A DNA stretch of 64,000 nt from Candidatus Latescibacterota bacterium (GTDB lineage Bacteria > Latescibacterota > UBA2968 > UBA8231), in NCBI GenBank assembly GCA_965215195.1, contig CBDCDC010000002.1, positions 2,752,001 to 2,816,000 on the forward strand, given 5' to 3'. Both the position numbers and the translations under genes were made by a program. The notes beneath the pieces were generated by a model. It was not told the origin of the DNA and made no database searches. It saw only the letters and a list, made by a program, of their open reading frames with translations. Positions 19,823 to 29,517 of this stretch are shown here, piece by piece (positions within the stretch are counted from its first letter, which is position 1; the number at the start of each line of letters is the position of its first letter).

Positions 19823-22015
19823 ATGCGCTGCTTGCTCATTGCGATTGGATTGTTGGCGGCTCCGCTGGGAGCTTTCGCCCTAACGTGGGATTTTGACGAG
19901 GGCACTACGTGGGGCTGGACCGCCCACGAGAGTGAATTAAACTTCGGCACTCTTAATCCCACCACGGTGTACAGCGAAGTCGAAGATGGTATCTGGCGCA
20001 TTGCGCCGGTGCCAAACGGACAGATACCGGCCATTCGCTTGCTCTCGCCGCTGATTGGGGAGGACTCGGCCTTGTTCGACCGGGTCACCCTCCGGCTGCG
20101 TATCATCCATAATCGCCCCACCGGGGGGAACCTCCTGATGGCGTGGTCCAATGGCGAATCCCGACGCCGCAAGCAGGAAGCGGGCCAACTTGGAAGCCGG
20201 TCGGAGTTTTATACGGGCCGTTATCAACTGTATCCCATCGAATGGGAAAATATCACGATAGATATTCGCGCCTTGGAAGCCGGTTTGGAAGCCAGACAAG
20301 AAGAGCCGATTGCGACCATTTGGGCGGATACCTCGATAGTTTGGCAGGACACTCTCTTCCACTTGCAATTAGACCTAAACTTGAACCATAACCCCGAGGG
20401 TCCGGCCGATCATCCTGAGTTTGTCGAAGTCGATTGGATTCAACTGACGGGGGCTGAAGAGTTGCTGTTCGGGGAATTGCAGCCCCGGGCGATCGCCAAG
20501 GCTGGGTTGCCCGGGGCGTTGTTTGCCGAACCGCGTTTTTCTGCTTTGGGTCCGGGTATCGGTAGCTTAGAATCGCAAGGTACTTTGGGCGATGTAGATG
20601 GCGATGGCGATGCCGACTTGGTGGTGGTCTGGACCCACGACACGGTCGTCAAAGTGACCGAAGGGACGTTTGAGAGGACGACCCAAGCGGGCTGGACGGT
20701 CGCGTCCAGCGACGGGTTGGGCGGCTTGGGTCCCACCCGAGAGGTGCTCCGCGGAGGCGGGCCCCTCATGGGCATTGCGGGGGACGACTTCAACGGGGAT
20801 GGACTGCTTGATCTGGCCTTTCGTGATGGTCGGACCCTCGAATTGTGGCTCAACCGGGGCGAGCATGGCTTTGAAACCATCCTCCAGCTATCCGACGTGT
20901 GGTTCGAGGGCTTAGCCGATGGCGATGGCGATGGCGATGTGGACCTGTTGGTCTGGGAGTTCGCCGACCGATTCCACCTACTAGAGTCGCAGGTGATTAT
21001 GTGGCTCAATGACGGCGCGGCCGGGTTTGCCCACCGCGATCGGTTCGTCCTCGACACCGAAGAAGACCTCCGTGCTTTCCTGCTGGCCGGGCAACCGGAG
21101 GGCGAGGCCGTGCGCCTGTTGTGGTCCCGACCGTCCTGCAAGCCTGGGGGGACTTTACGGCTGACCCAGCCGTGGGCGGCCAGCGAGCAGTCTCCGCTGT
21201 TTTTTGACGCCCCGCTCAATCCCTGCGACCTGCACCTGCTCACCGATCTGGACGGGGATGGGGCGGTGGAGTTGGTTGGGACACCCGAGCGGAATCTATA
21301 CTTCGACTTTGATGTTCTCACCACCTACCACGGTTTGGCGTTGTGGCGAGTGGACGCTGCGGGCGGGGTGGAACGCCACACTCTGCTCGGTCCGCAGGTG
21401 CTTCTGCCGGATCCGTATTTTGATGATGGGGTCCTTGCCCGCGACCTGACTGGCGATGGCCTGCTGGACTTGGCCGTAGTGGATGTCAACCCGGCGACGG
21501 GGCCGGCGCTGGTGGTGCTGGTCGGCCAGCGCGACGGGGTGCCCGTCGTCGAGGGGCGCTATCCCCTGCCGGGCGTGGGCGCCGAAGTGCTCGCCGGCGA
21601 TGTCAACGGCGATGGGGCGACCGATCTGGTGGTGTTGGGCAGGAGTGTGGAAGGGGGCGACGGCGGGGCCTTCGTCTTTCTCAACCAGAGCAGTCCGCTG
21701 ACAGCCGTGGCCAGTGAGACCGCGATCACGCCCTCCACCGTTGCCCTCGGCGCGAACTACCCCAATCCATTCAATCCGGCCACGACCCTCCCCGTATCGG
21801 TGGCGGCGGATGCGGGCGACGTGGATGTAACCATCTACAACGTCTTGGGGCAGCCGGTGCGCGAGGTGTGGAACGGTCCGTTGGCGGCGGGCGAGCATCG
21901 GCTGACGTGGGATGGCCGAGACGGGCAGGGGCAATCCGTCGCCGCCGGAGTCTATTTGTATCGGTTGCAGGTGGGCGAGCAGACACGCCTCCGCAAGATG
22001 GTCAAACTCGAATAG
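19823..22015 (+). CDS. Secreted FG-GAP-repeat protein with FlgD/T9SS-like CTD
   Basis: AGGAGG RBS, signal peptide, GDVDGDGDADL repeats, NYPNPFNP...WDG...GVY...KMV. Confidence 0.9.
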   Translation: MRCLLIAIGLLAAPLGAFALTWDFDEGTTWGWTAHESELNFGTLNPTTVYSEVEDGIWRIAPVPNGQIPAIRLLSPLIGEDSALFDRVTLRLRIIHNRPTGGNLLMAWSNGESRRRKQEAGQLGSRSEFYTGRYQLYPIEWENITIDIRALEAGLEARQEEPIATIWADTSIVWQDTLFHLQLDLNLNHNPEGPADHPEFVEVDWIQLTGAEELLFGELQPRAIAKAGLPGALFAEPRFSALGPGIGSLESQGTLGDVDGDGDADLVVVWTHDTVVKVTEGTFERTTQAGWTVASSDGLGGLGPTREVLRGGGPLMGIAGDDFNGDGLLDLAFRDGRTLELWLNRGEHGFETILQLSDVWFEGLADGDGDGDVDLLVWEFADRFHLLESQVIMWLNDGAAGFAHRDRFVLDTEEDLRAFLLAGQPEGEAVRLLWSRPSCKPGGTLRLTQPWAASEQSPLFFDAPLNPCDLHLLTDLDGDGAVELVGTPERNLYFDFDVLTTYHGLALWRVDAAGGVERHTLLGPQVLLPDPYFDDGVLARDLTGDGLLDLAVVDVNPATGPALVVLVGQRDGVPVVEGRYPLPGVGAEVLAGDVNGDGATDLVVLGRSVEGGDGGAFVFLNQSSPLTAVASETAITPSTVALGANYPNPFNPATTLPVSVAADAGDVDVTIYNVLGQPVREVWNGPLAAGEHRLTWDGRDGQGQSVAAGVYLYRLQVGEQTRLRKMVKLE

Positions 22016-22036
22016 ACACATGAACTGGGAGCGGAC

Positions 22037-22276
22037 ATGCTGGATAAATTGCGCCAACACATAGCGACTACCTTGCAGCGTTTGAGCGTCCGGCTAGAAC
22101 GAGCCGGTACGGTTGAAGGGCTGCCGCGCCACGAGTGTCCCGTATTGATCTTTTTTCACGGCTATAGCTTGGCCCATACCATACGTCCTCTAGTTGTAGG
22201 ACGAGCACTACGGGTGCGCGGCTATCCCGTAGAATTCGCGGGGGTGGGGCCTCACGCAGACCGAATCGCCGTGTAG
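22037..22276 (+). pseudogene. Glycosyltransferase N-terminal fragment
   Basis: HGYSLAHTIRPL....ALR.RG..V.FAG resembles a GT-B N-terminus; stops after 79 aa. Confidence 0.55.
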
Positions 22277-22281
22277 TAAGG

Positions 22282-22521
22282 TTGGACGCAGTGTTTGTCG
22301 ATCGCGATTTCCGCCAGCCGGCCCTCGTCGTCAACATGGGCAGAAAGAACGGTGTGCCACTGCGGGAAGGCCACTATCCACTGCAAGGGTTGGGCGGAAC
22401 GGTCATAAGCGGCGATGTGGATGGAGACGGGGACCTAGACTTGGCCGTGCTGGAAAATGCCGTGCGCGGTGGGGGCAGTGGCCTATACATCCTGTCTAAC
22501 CAAACCAAGACGGACGATTGA
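22282..22521 (+). pseudogene. FG-GAP protein C-terminal fragment
   Basis: GHYPLQGLGG..ISGDVDGDGDLDLAVL matches the last blade of the neighbouring paralogs. Confidence 0.65.
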
Positions 22522-22566
22522 ATAGGGGGGCGCGTGTTAGGTGCTGCCGAAAAGAGAGGGCATAAG

Positions 22567-23901
22567 ATGATAAGACGGCCATGGAAAGTCCCATTCCGAA
22601 AAAATAGAAAGCTGCAAAGCTGCTTGGCGTTGTCGCTGGCCTTGCATCTGCTGGTGATCTTCGGACTCCCGCGCCACGAGCGGGTCACTCACTTTCCCGT
22701 CCAACCGCCGATCATGGTGAAGTTTACCAAGAAGCGCCCGCTGCCGCGCACCCTCGCCCGCCGCCAACGGCCCCAGCAGCGCCCGTTGGTGCGCCGCCCC
22801 GCCCTGCAAGCGGCTCCGGTCGTAGCGATGCGGCCGGCTCCCTCGGCGACGCGCCCGCTACCGGTGTTCAAGTCGTCGGCTCTCCGACTGCCAACGGCGG
22901 CACTGCCGAATCAACTGGTGATGCCCGTGCCGGATTTCCCCGCTCGGCAGATTGGTCCATCCCTGCAGGCGGGGGCGCTGGAAGGGACGCGGCAAGGGGC
23001 CGACGAGATTGACTTGGCGTTGGAACTGCTGGATGTGGAAGCGATGGACACGGGTCAGCACCGGGCGATGGTGGTCGTCGATCCAAAAGACCGGCGTCAG
23101 CTCAAGGGCTTTCTCTATTTGTCGAGTGTCCACAGCGAAGCGCTTGAGCGCGCCGAGGCCAGCGCGGCTTCGGAGCGCAGCGGTGGGTGGTCGCGCAGCA
23201 TTGCCGAGCAGCGCATGCTGCAAGGACTCGCCGACAAAATGAGCGAGCGCACCGGCGTACATACCCAAGTGCTCGACGGCCTCGCCTTGGACGACCCGCG
23301 GCTGATGCAGGTGCCATTTCTGTTGCTGACGGTTCGGAGCCAAGTCGCCTTCACCCAAGCCGAAGCCAAAAACTTGGGACGTTATCTAACCTCGGGCGGG
23401 TTCCTCTATGCGGATATTGTCTCCCAGCCTCTCTCTCGCGCGGGCGGCTATCAACACGACTTGCCGGCGTTGCGCGATTTCATTCGCCAAGCCTTTGGGC
23501 AGATAGACTACGCCGAACACAAAGATTGGTCTTTCGTGCGGTTGCCGCCCGAGCACCCGCTCTACCATTGCTTCTACGACGTGGACTCCCTGCCGCGCGG
23601 CTTCTGGGACATCATGTTCTGGTATTGGAACACTGGGAGTCGCTTTGAATTGTCGCCCAATTACTTGGAGGGCATTGAGGTGGATGGCCGTATCGTGGGA
23701 GTTTACTCGCAGAAGTGCTACGCGGAAATGTGGGCTGGCGAGGCCGAGCGGATCCGCGAGGCGGATCGGGCTGCCGACAAAGCCGGTCGTTTTGACACGG
23801 GCGCGGATGAGTTGCCGGTCTATGACCTCGGCGTCAATATCGTGGTGTACGCGTTGACGCGGGAGGGATCACTGGCTCAACAATTCGTCGAGGCGGACTG
23901 A
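22567..23901 (+). CDS. DUF4159-domain protein with TonB-like N-terminal anchor and Pro-rich linker
   Basis: SLALHLL TM, NLGRYLTSGGFL, HPLYHCFY and LGVNIVVYALT motifs. Confidence 0.8.
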   Translation: MIRRPWKVPFRKNRKLQSCLALSLALHLLVIFGLPRHERVTHFPVQPPIMVKFTKKRPLPRTLARRQRPQQRPLVRRPALQAAPVVAMRPAPSATRPLPVFKSSALRLPTAALPNQLVMPVPDFPARQIGPSLQAGALEGTRQGADEIDLALELLDVEAMDTGQHRAMVVVDPKDRRQLKGFLYLSSVHSEALERAEASAASERSGGWSRSIAEQRMLQGLADKMSERTGVHTQVLDGLALDDPRLMQVPFLLLTVRSQVAFTQAEAKNLGRYLTSGGFLYADIVSQPLSRAGGYQHDLPALRDFIRQAFGQIDYAEHKDWSFVRLPPEHPLYHCFYDVDSLPRGFWDIMFWYWNTGSRFELSPNYLEGIEVDGRIVGVYSQKCYAEMWAGEAERIREADRAADKAGRFDTGADELPVYDLGVNIVVYALTREGSLAQQFVEAD

Positions 23902-23921
23902 CCCCACTCTGGAGGTTCATT

Positions 23922-26027
23922 ATGCGCTACTTGCTCGTTGCTATTGGATTGTTGTCGGCTCCGCTTGGAGCCTTCGCTTTAACGTGGGATTTTGACGAGG
24001 GCACCACTTGGGGATGGACCGCTCAGGAGAGTCTCTTAGGCACTGACCATGGTCCCACCACGGTGTACAGCGAAGTCGAAGGCGGCGTCTGGCGCATTGC
24101 GCCGGTGCCGAGCGGGAAACGACCCGCCATTAGCTTGGTCTCGCCGCTGATAGGGGAAGATTCGGCCCTGTTCGACTGGGTCACCTTACGGCTACGGATC
24201 CTCCACGGCCACCCCACTGAGGGGGACCTCCTGATGGCATGGTCCAATGTCGAGTCCCGACGCCGCAAGCAGGAAGCGGGACGAGACGCAAACAGGGCGG
24301 GGTTTCGTACGGGCCGTTCTCAACTGTATCCCATCGAATGGGAAAACATCACCATAGAGATACGCGCCTTGGAAGCCGCGGCGGCGGCAGACCCCGAAGC
24401 AGAGATCATTTGGCAGGACACCCTCTTCCACGTCCAGCTAGACCTAAACTTAAACCCCGAACCCCAAGGTCCGGCCGATTATCCGGCTTTTGTCGAGGTG
24501 GACTGGATTCAACTAACGGGTACCGAAGAGCTGCTGTTAGGGGAATTGTCGCCCCGGGAGCACGTCGTGGCGGCTAGGTTGCCCGGGGCGTTGTTGGCTG
24601 ACCCGCGTTTTTCTACACTGGGCCAAGGTATCGGTACCCCAGGATCTCAAGGTACTTTGGGCGATGTGGATGGCGATGGGGATGCCGATTTAGTAGTGGT
24701 CCGGCGAGCGGGCTGGACCATAGCGACCAGCGATGGCTGGGGCGGTTTGGTCCCCACCCAAGAGGGTCTCCGCTCAAGCCGGGGTATTCCAAGGATTGCG
24801 GGGGGCGATTTCGACGAGGATGGGCTGCTCGATCTGGCCGTTGGTAGCGGTCTTACCCTCGAATTGTGGCTCAATCGGGGCGAGGATGGCTTTGAAACCA
24901 TCCTCCAGATATCCGATGGCTACTTCCTTGGCTTGGCCGATGGCGATGGCGACGGCGATGTGGATCTGTTGGTGGTTGAGGAGCTCGACGACCGATGGTC
25001 CAACGCGACTCTGTGGCTCAATGATGGCGCGGCCGGGTTTGCCGACCGCGATCGGTTCGTCCTCGACACCGAAGAGGAACTCGGTACTTCCCTGCTGGCA
25101 GGGCAATCGTTGGGCGAGGCCGTGCGCCTATTGTGGAACCGACCGTGCTACAAGCCGGTGGGGCCTTGGCGTCTGACCCAGCCGTGGGCGGCCAGCCCGA
25201 GCCCGCCGCCCCCGCTGTTTTTTGACGCCGCGGTCAATCCCTGCGACTTGCACCTGCTCGCCGACCTAAATGGGGATGGGGCGGTGGAGTTGGTCGGGAC
25301 GCCCGAGCGGAATCTGTTCTTCGACTTTTCTTTTAGCAACACCTACCACGGTTTGGCACTGTGGCGGGTGGACGCCTCGGGCGGGGTAGAACGCCACACC
25401 CTGCTCGGTCCGCAGGTGCTCGTGTCGGCTCCATTTCAGGGTGGGGGGGTCATTGCCAGCGACCTGACCGGCGATGGCCTTTTGGACTTGGCCGTGGTCG
25501 ATGGCAACGTGGCCACCGGGCCGGCGCTGGTAGTCTTGGTCGGCCAGCGCGATGGGGTGCCCGTCATCGAAGGGCGCTATCCCTTGCCAGGCATCGGCAA
25601 CAAAGTGCTCGCGGGCGATGTCAACGGCGATGGGGCGACCGATCTGGTCGTGCTGGCGCGGAGTGGGGGCGACGGCGGGGCCTTCGTCTTCCTCAACCAA
25701 GGCGTTCCGGCTACGGCCGTCGCGGCTGAGACGGCGACCCCGCCTACGGCCTTTGCTCTTGGTGCTAACTATCCCAACCCGTTCAATCCGGCCACGACCC
25801 TCCCCGTATCGGTGGCGGCTGGTGCGGGCGACGTGAATGTAACCATTTACAACGTCTTGGGGCAGCCGGTGCGCGAGGTGTGGAACGGTCCGCTGGCGGC
25901 GGGCGAGCATCGACTCACTTGGGATGGCCGGGACGCGCAGGGGCAAGCCGTCGCCGCCGGGGTCTATCTGGTGCGGCTGCACCAAGGCGACCACACGCTC
26001 CTCCGCAAGATGGTCAAGCTCGAATAG
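23922..26027 (+). CDS. Secreted FG-GAP-repeat protein with FlgD/T9SS-like CTD
   Basis: Paralog of the 19823 gene; GGAGG RBS. Confidence 0.9.
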   Translation: MRYLLVAIGLLSAPLGAFALTWDFDEGTTWGWTAQESLLGTDHGPTTVYSEVEGGVWRIAPVPSGKRPAISLVSPLIGEDSALFDWVTLRLRILHGHPTEGDLLMAWSNVESRRRKQEAGRDANRAGFRTGRSQLYPIEWENITIEIRALEAAAAADPEAEIIWQDTLFHVQLDLNLNPEPQGPADYPAFVEVDWIQLTGTEELLLGELSPREHVVAARLPGALLADPRFSTLGQGIGTPGSQGTLGDVDGDGDADLVVVRRAGWTIATSDGWGGLVPTQEGLRSSRGIPRIAGGDFDEDGLLDLAVGSGLTLELWLNRGEDGFETILQISDGYFLGLADGDGDGDVDLLVVEELDDRWSNATLWLNDGAAGFADRDRFVLDTEEELGTSLLAGQSLGEAVRLLWNRPCYKPVGPWRLTQPWAASPSPPPPLFFDAAVNPCDLHLLADLNGDGAVELVGTPERNLFFDFSFSNTYHGLALWRVDASGGVERHTLLGPQVLVSAPFQGGGVIASDLTGDGLLDLAVVDGNVATGPALVVLVGQRDGVPVIEGRYPLPGIGNKVLAGDVNGDGATDLVVLARSGGDGGAFVFLNQGVPATAVAAETATPPTAFALGANYPNPFNPATTLPVSVAAGAGDVNVTIYNVLGQPVREVWNGPLAAGEHRLTWDGRDAQGQAVAAGVYLVRLHQGDHTLLRKMVKLE

Positions 26028-26037
26028 ACGACCCTTC

Positions 26038-26152
26038 GGCCAGAAAGGAGGTGTATCCCATGCTCGCAGGTTTGATGCCCCGTCAGCAACCCCAACGGTT
26101 GGCTGATCTTTTTCCGACCCTTTTGAGGAGGAATGCATTATGCCGTCTTTAA
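26038..26152 (+). promoter_or_regulatory. Conserved leader, copy 2 (uORF 26060-26152 plus hairpin)
   Basis: AAGGAGGT, ATG, TCAGCAACC...GGTTGGCTGA-TCTTTTT. Confidence 0.6.
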
Positions 26153-27012
26153 GGTTTGTTTTTCAGGCCCTGCTGGTGGAGTTCGCCCCGTCGTCGCGTG
26201 GGCACGTCGAGCCGCGTCAGGGGTTGGCGCTGGGGTGGCTGGGCAGCGTGGTGGTTGGGCTGGTGGTGGTGTTCGGCATGGCGGACGAGACGCAGGCCGA
26301 TCCCTGCTTTGGAATCGACGTGGGAAGCTATGGATTTAATATAACGCCGTATCCATGCGAGCGGCAAGACCACGAACCCGTCGAGTATTGGCAGGATCAT
26401 TATTTTCACCAGCCTAGGACTCCGGGCAATTCTGGGACTCCGAGCTGTACGTATCTGTATTCTACCTGTGGCCCCAGTACGGCCCCAGTCGTCGTGGCCG
26501 ATACGACCACTTCCCCCTGCTTTGGAATCGCCGCGGGAAGCAGAGGCTCGTACACAACGCCGTATCCATGCGAGTGGCAAAACCACGAACCCGTCGAGTA
26601 TTGGCAGGAGTATTATTCTCACCAGCCTGAGACTCCGGGCGATCCTGAGACTCCGAGATGTGCTTATCTGTATTCTACCTGTGGCCCCAGTACGGCCACG
26701 GCTATTGCGGCTGAGACGGCGGCGACGCCTACGGCCTTGGTCCTTGGTGCCAACTATCCCAACCCGTTCAATCCGGCCACGATCATCCCCGTATCGGTGG
26801 CTGCTGGCACCGGAAATGTGGACTTAATCATCTACAACGTCTTGGGGCAGCCGGTGCGTACGGTGTGGAACGGTCCGCTGGCGGCGGGCGAGCATCGGCT
26901 AACGTGGGATGGTCGAGACGCGCAGGGGCAGCCCGTCGCCGCTGGGGTCTATTTGTATCGGTTGCAGGTGGGCGACCACACGCGCCTCCGCAAGATGGTC
27001 AAACTTGATTAG
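26140..27012 (+). CDS. Exported protein: shared leader, two 4-Cys repeats, FlgD/T9SS-like CTD
   Basis: GHVEPRQGLALGWLGS leader; C.GI..GS...YPCE..DHEPVEYWQ...C.YLYSTC twice; NYPNPFNP. Confidence 0.85.
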   Translation: MPSLRFVFQALLVEFAPSSRGHVEPRQGLALGWLGSVVVGLVVVFGMADETQADPCFGIDVGSYGFNITPYPCERQDHEPVEYWQDHYFHQPRTPGNSGTPSCTYLYSTCGPSTAPVVVADTTTSPCFGIAAGSRGSYTTPYPCEWQNHEPVEYWQEYYSHQPETPGDPETPRCAYLYSTCGPSTATAIAAETAATPTALVLGANYPNPFNPATIIPVSVAAGTGNVDLIIYNVLGQPVRTVWNGPLAAGEHRLTWDGRDAQGQPVAAGVYLYRLQVGDHTRLRKMVKLD

Positions 27013-27022
27013 ACGACCCTTC

Positions 27023-27137
27023 GGCCAGAAAGGAAGTGTATCTCATGCTCGCAGGCTTGATGCCCCGTCAGCAACCCCAACGGTTTGCTGATCTTTTTCC
27101 TATCCTTTTGAGGAGGAATGCATTATGCGGTCTTTAA
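27023..27137 (+). promoter_or_regulatory. Conserved leader, copy 3 (uORF 27045-27137 plus hairpin)
   Basis: Near-identical to copy 2; TCAGCAACC...GGTTTGCTGA-TCTTTTT. Confidence 0.6.
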
Positions 27138-27991
27138 GGTTTGTTTTTCAGGCCCTGCTGGTGGAGTTCGCCATGTCGTCGCGTGGGCACGTGGAGCCGC
27201 GTCAGGGGTTGGCACTGGGGTGGTTGGGCAGCGTGGCGGCTGGGCTGGCGGTGGTGTTCGGCGCGGTGGACGAGACGCCGGCCGATCCTTGCTATGGAAT
27301 CGCCGAGGGAAGCAGTGGATCGCGCACAACGTCGTATCTCTGCGAGTGGCAAGACCACGAACCTGTCGAGTATTGGCAGGATCATTATTTCCACCATCCT
27401 GGGACTCCAAGATGTACTTATCAGTATTCTACATGTGTGGTGGCTGGGCTGGCGGTGGTGTTCGGCGCGGTGGACGAGACGCCGGCACCGGCCGATCCTT
27501 GCTATGGAATCGCCGAGGGAAGCAGAGGATCGCACAAAACGCCGTATCCCTGCGAGTGGCAAGACCATGCACCCGTTGAGTATTGGCAGGATCATTATTT
27601 TCACGATCCTGAGACTTCGGACGATTCTGGGACTCCGAGCTGTACTTATCTGTATTCTACATGCGGCCCCAGTACGGCCACGGCTATCGAGGCCGAGACG
27701 ATGGCGACGCCGACGGCCTTTGCCCTTGGTGCCAACTACCCCAATCCGTTCAATCCGGCCACGACCATCCCCGTATCGGTGGCGGATGCAGGCGCGGTGG
27801 ATGTAACGATCTACAACGTCTTGGGACAGCCGGTGCGTACGGTGTGGAATGGTCCGCTGGCGGCGGGTGTGCATCGGCTGACGTGGGATGGCCGGGACGC
27901 GCAGGGGCAGCCGGTCTCCGCCGGAGTCTATCTGGTGCGGCTGCATCAAGGCGACCACACGCGCCTCCGCAAAATGGTCAAACTCGAATAG
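27125..27991 (+). CDS. Exported protein: shared leader, two 4-Cys repeats, FlgD/T9SS-like CTD
   Basis: Tandem paralog of the 26140 gene. Confidence 0.85.
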   Translation: MRSLRFVFQALLVEFAMSSRGHVEPRQGLALGWLGSVAAGLAVVFGAVDETPADPCYGIAEGSSGSRTTSYLCEWQDHEPVEYWQDHYFHHPGTPRCTYQYSTCVVAGLAVVFGAVDETPAPADPCYGIAEGSRGSHKTPYPCEWQDHAPVEYWQDHYFHDPETSDDSGTPSCTYLYSTCGPSTATAIEAETMATPTAFALGANYPNPFNPATTIPVSVADAGAVDVTIYNVLGQPVRTVWNGPLAAGVHRLTWDGRDAQGQPVSAGVYLVRLHQGDHTRLRKMVKLE

Positions 27992-28127
27992 ACACACGAA
28001 CTGGGAGCGGACATGCTGGAGACATTGCGTCAACACCTAGCGGCTGGCAGCGTTTCATGGAACGATTGAATGGGGAGGGCGTGGGGGCGTGGATTAGGCC
28101 CTGCCGAAAAGAGAGAGGCATAAGACG

Positions 28128-29471
28128 ATGAGACGACCGTGGAAAGTACCGTTCCGAAGCAATAGAAAGCTGCAAAGCTGCTTGGCACTGTCGCTGGCTT
28201 TGCATCTGCTGGTGATCTTCGGACTCCCGCGCCACGAGCGGGTTACTCACTTTCCCGTGCAACCGCCGATCATGGTGAAGTTTACCAAGAAGCGCCCGCT
28301 GCCGCGCACCCTCACCCGTCGGCAACGACCCCAACAGCGTCCGTTGGTGCGCCGCCCCGCCCTGCAAGCGGCCCCGGTCGTGGCGATGCGGCCGGCACCC
28401 TCGGCGTCGCGCCCGCTGCCGGTGTTCCAGACATCGGTGCTTCGGCTGCCGTCGGCATCGCTGCCGGATCGGCTGGTGTTGCCGGTGCCGGATTTCCCCG
28501 CTCGGCACATTGGTCCGCAGATGCAGGCTGGGGCACTGGAAGGGACGCGGCAGGGCGCGGACGAGATTGACTTGTCCTTGGAACTGATGGATGTGCAGGC
28601 GATGGACACCGGCCAGCATCGGGCGATGGTGGTGGTTGATCCAAAAGATCGGCGCAAGCTCAAGGGATTCCTTTATATGTCCGGCATCTACAGCCCTTCC
28701 ATTGAACGGGCTGACCGTGAACAGGCCAAGTACAGTCAATCGCGCTGGTGGAGCCAGCCGATCCGACAACGCCGCTGGGCGGAACGGCGGATGTTACAAG
28801 GGTTGGCCGATGAGATGACCGCCCAGACACAGGTTCACGTCGAAGTGCGCGATGCGGTTCGGCTCGACGATCCGCAGCTTTTGCAAGTCCCCTTCGTCCT
28901 GATGACCGTCAACACCCCCTTTGAGTTTACCGACAGCGAGGCGACCCAGCTCGGGGCGTATTTAACGTCGGGTGGCTTCCTATTTGTGGATATTGGAAAC
29001 TTTTTGCTGGACAATTACCGCGATGAGGAATTGGACATTCCGATGGTGCGTTCCTTCCTTCGCGCCAGCTTTCAAGCGGTGGGGTATCAAGAAGGGAAGG
29101 ACTGGCAGTTTAGACGCCTAGCGATAACGCATCCGCTCTATCATTGCTTTTACAATATAAACAGTCTGCCCCGGGGGATGCGCGATATGCACTCTCTAAA
29201 AAGAGAATCTCCCTCGTTAACTCCGGACTATTTGGAGGGCATCGTCGTAGGGGAGCAGTTAGTGGGGGTGTACTCGATGCGCGGCTACGCCGATTTCTGG
29301 GCGGGAATCGCCCGGCAGGAGCTAGATTTTGTTTTAGAGGATGGCATAGTCAACAGCCCGTTTCTCGCCAGTGCCGAGGAGCCGATGGTCTATAATTTGG
29401 GCGTCAATCTCTTGGTGTACGCCCTGACGCGCGAGGGGTCACTAGCCCAACAATTCGTCGAGGCGGACTGA
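28128..29471 (+). CDS. DUF4159-domain protein (paralog of 22567)
   Basis: Near-identical N-terminal half, diverged core, shared YALTREGSLAQQFVEAD end. Confidence 0.8.
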   Translation: MRRPWKVPFRSNRKLQSCLALSLALHLLVIFGLPRHERVTHFPVQPPIMVKFTKKRPLPRTLTRRQRPQQRPLVRRPALQAAPVVAMRPAPSASRPLPVFQTSVLRLPSASLPDRLVLPVPDFPARHIGPQMQAGALEGTRQGADEIDLSLELMDVQAMDTGQHRAMVVVDPKDRRKLKGFLYMSGIYSPSIERADREQAKYSQSRWWSQPIRQRRWAERRMLQGLADEMTAQTQVHVEVRDAVRLDDPQLLQVPFVLMTVNTPFEFTDSEATQLGAYLTSGGFLFVDIGNFLLDNYRDEELDIPMVRSFLRASFQAVGYQEGKDWQFRRLAITHPLYHCFYNINSLPRGMRDMHSLKRESPSLTPDYLEGIVVGEQLVGVYSMRGYADFWAGIARQELDFVLEDGIVNSPFLASAEEPMVYNLGVNLLVYALTREGSLAQQFVEAD

Positions 29472-29517
29472 GGGCTGTTGTGCCGTGGTACTATAACTGA
29501 GGAGGGCACTGCGAGGT

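Noticed and set aside
20440-22060. Long antisense ORFs over the FG-GAP genes, and similar shadows elsewhere
   Set aside because: Expected from high-GC codon bias; they carry no recognisable motifs.
26290-27680. Diversity-generating retroelement acting on the Cys repeats
   Set aside because: No reverse transcriptase in the window, and differences between repeats are not restricted to adenines.
16693-29471. CRISPR array or prophage
   Set aside because: The repeats are coding paralogs; no repeat-spacer periodicity, cas genes or phage genes are visible.
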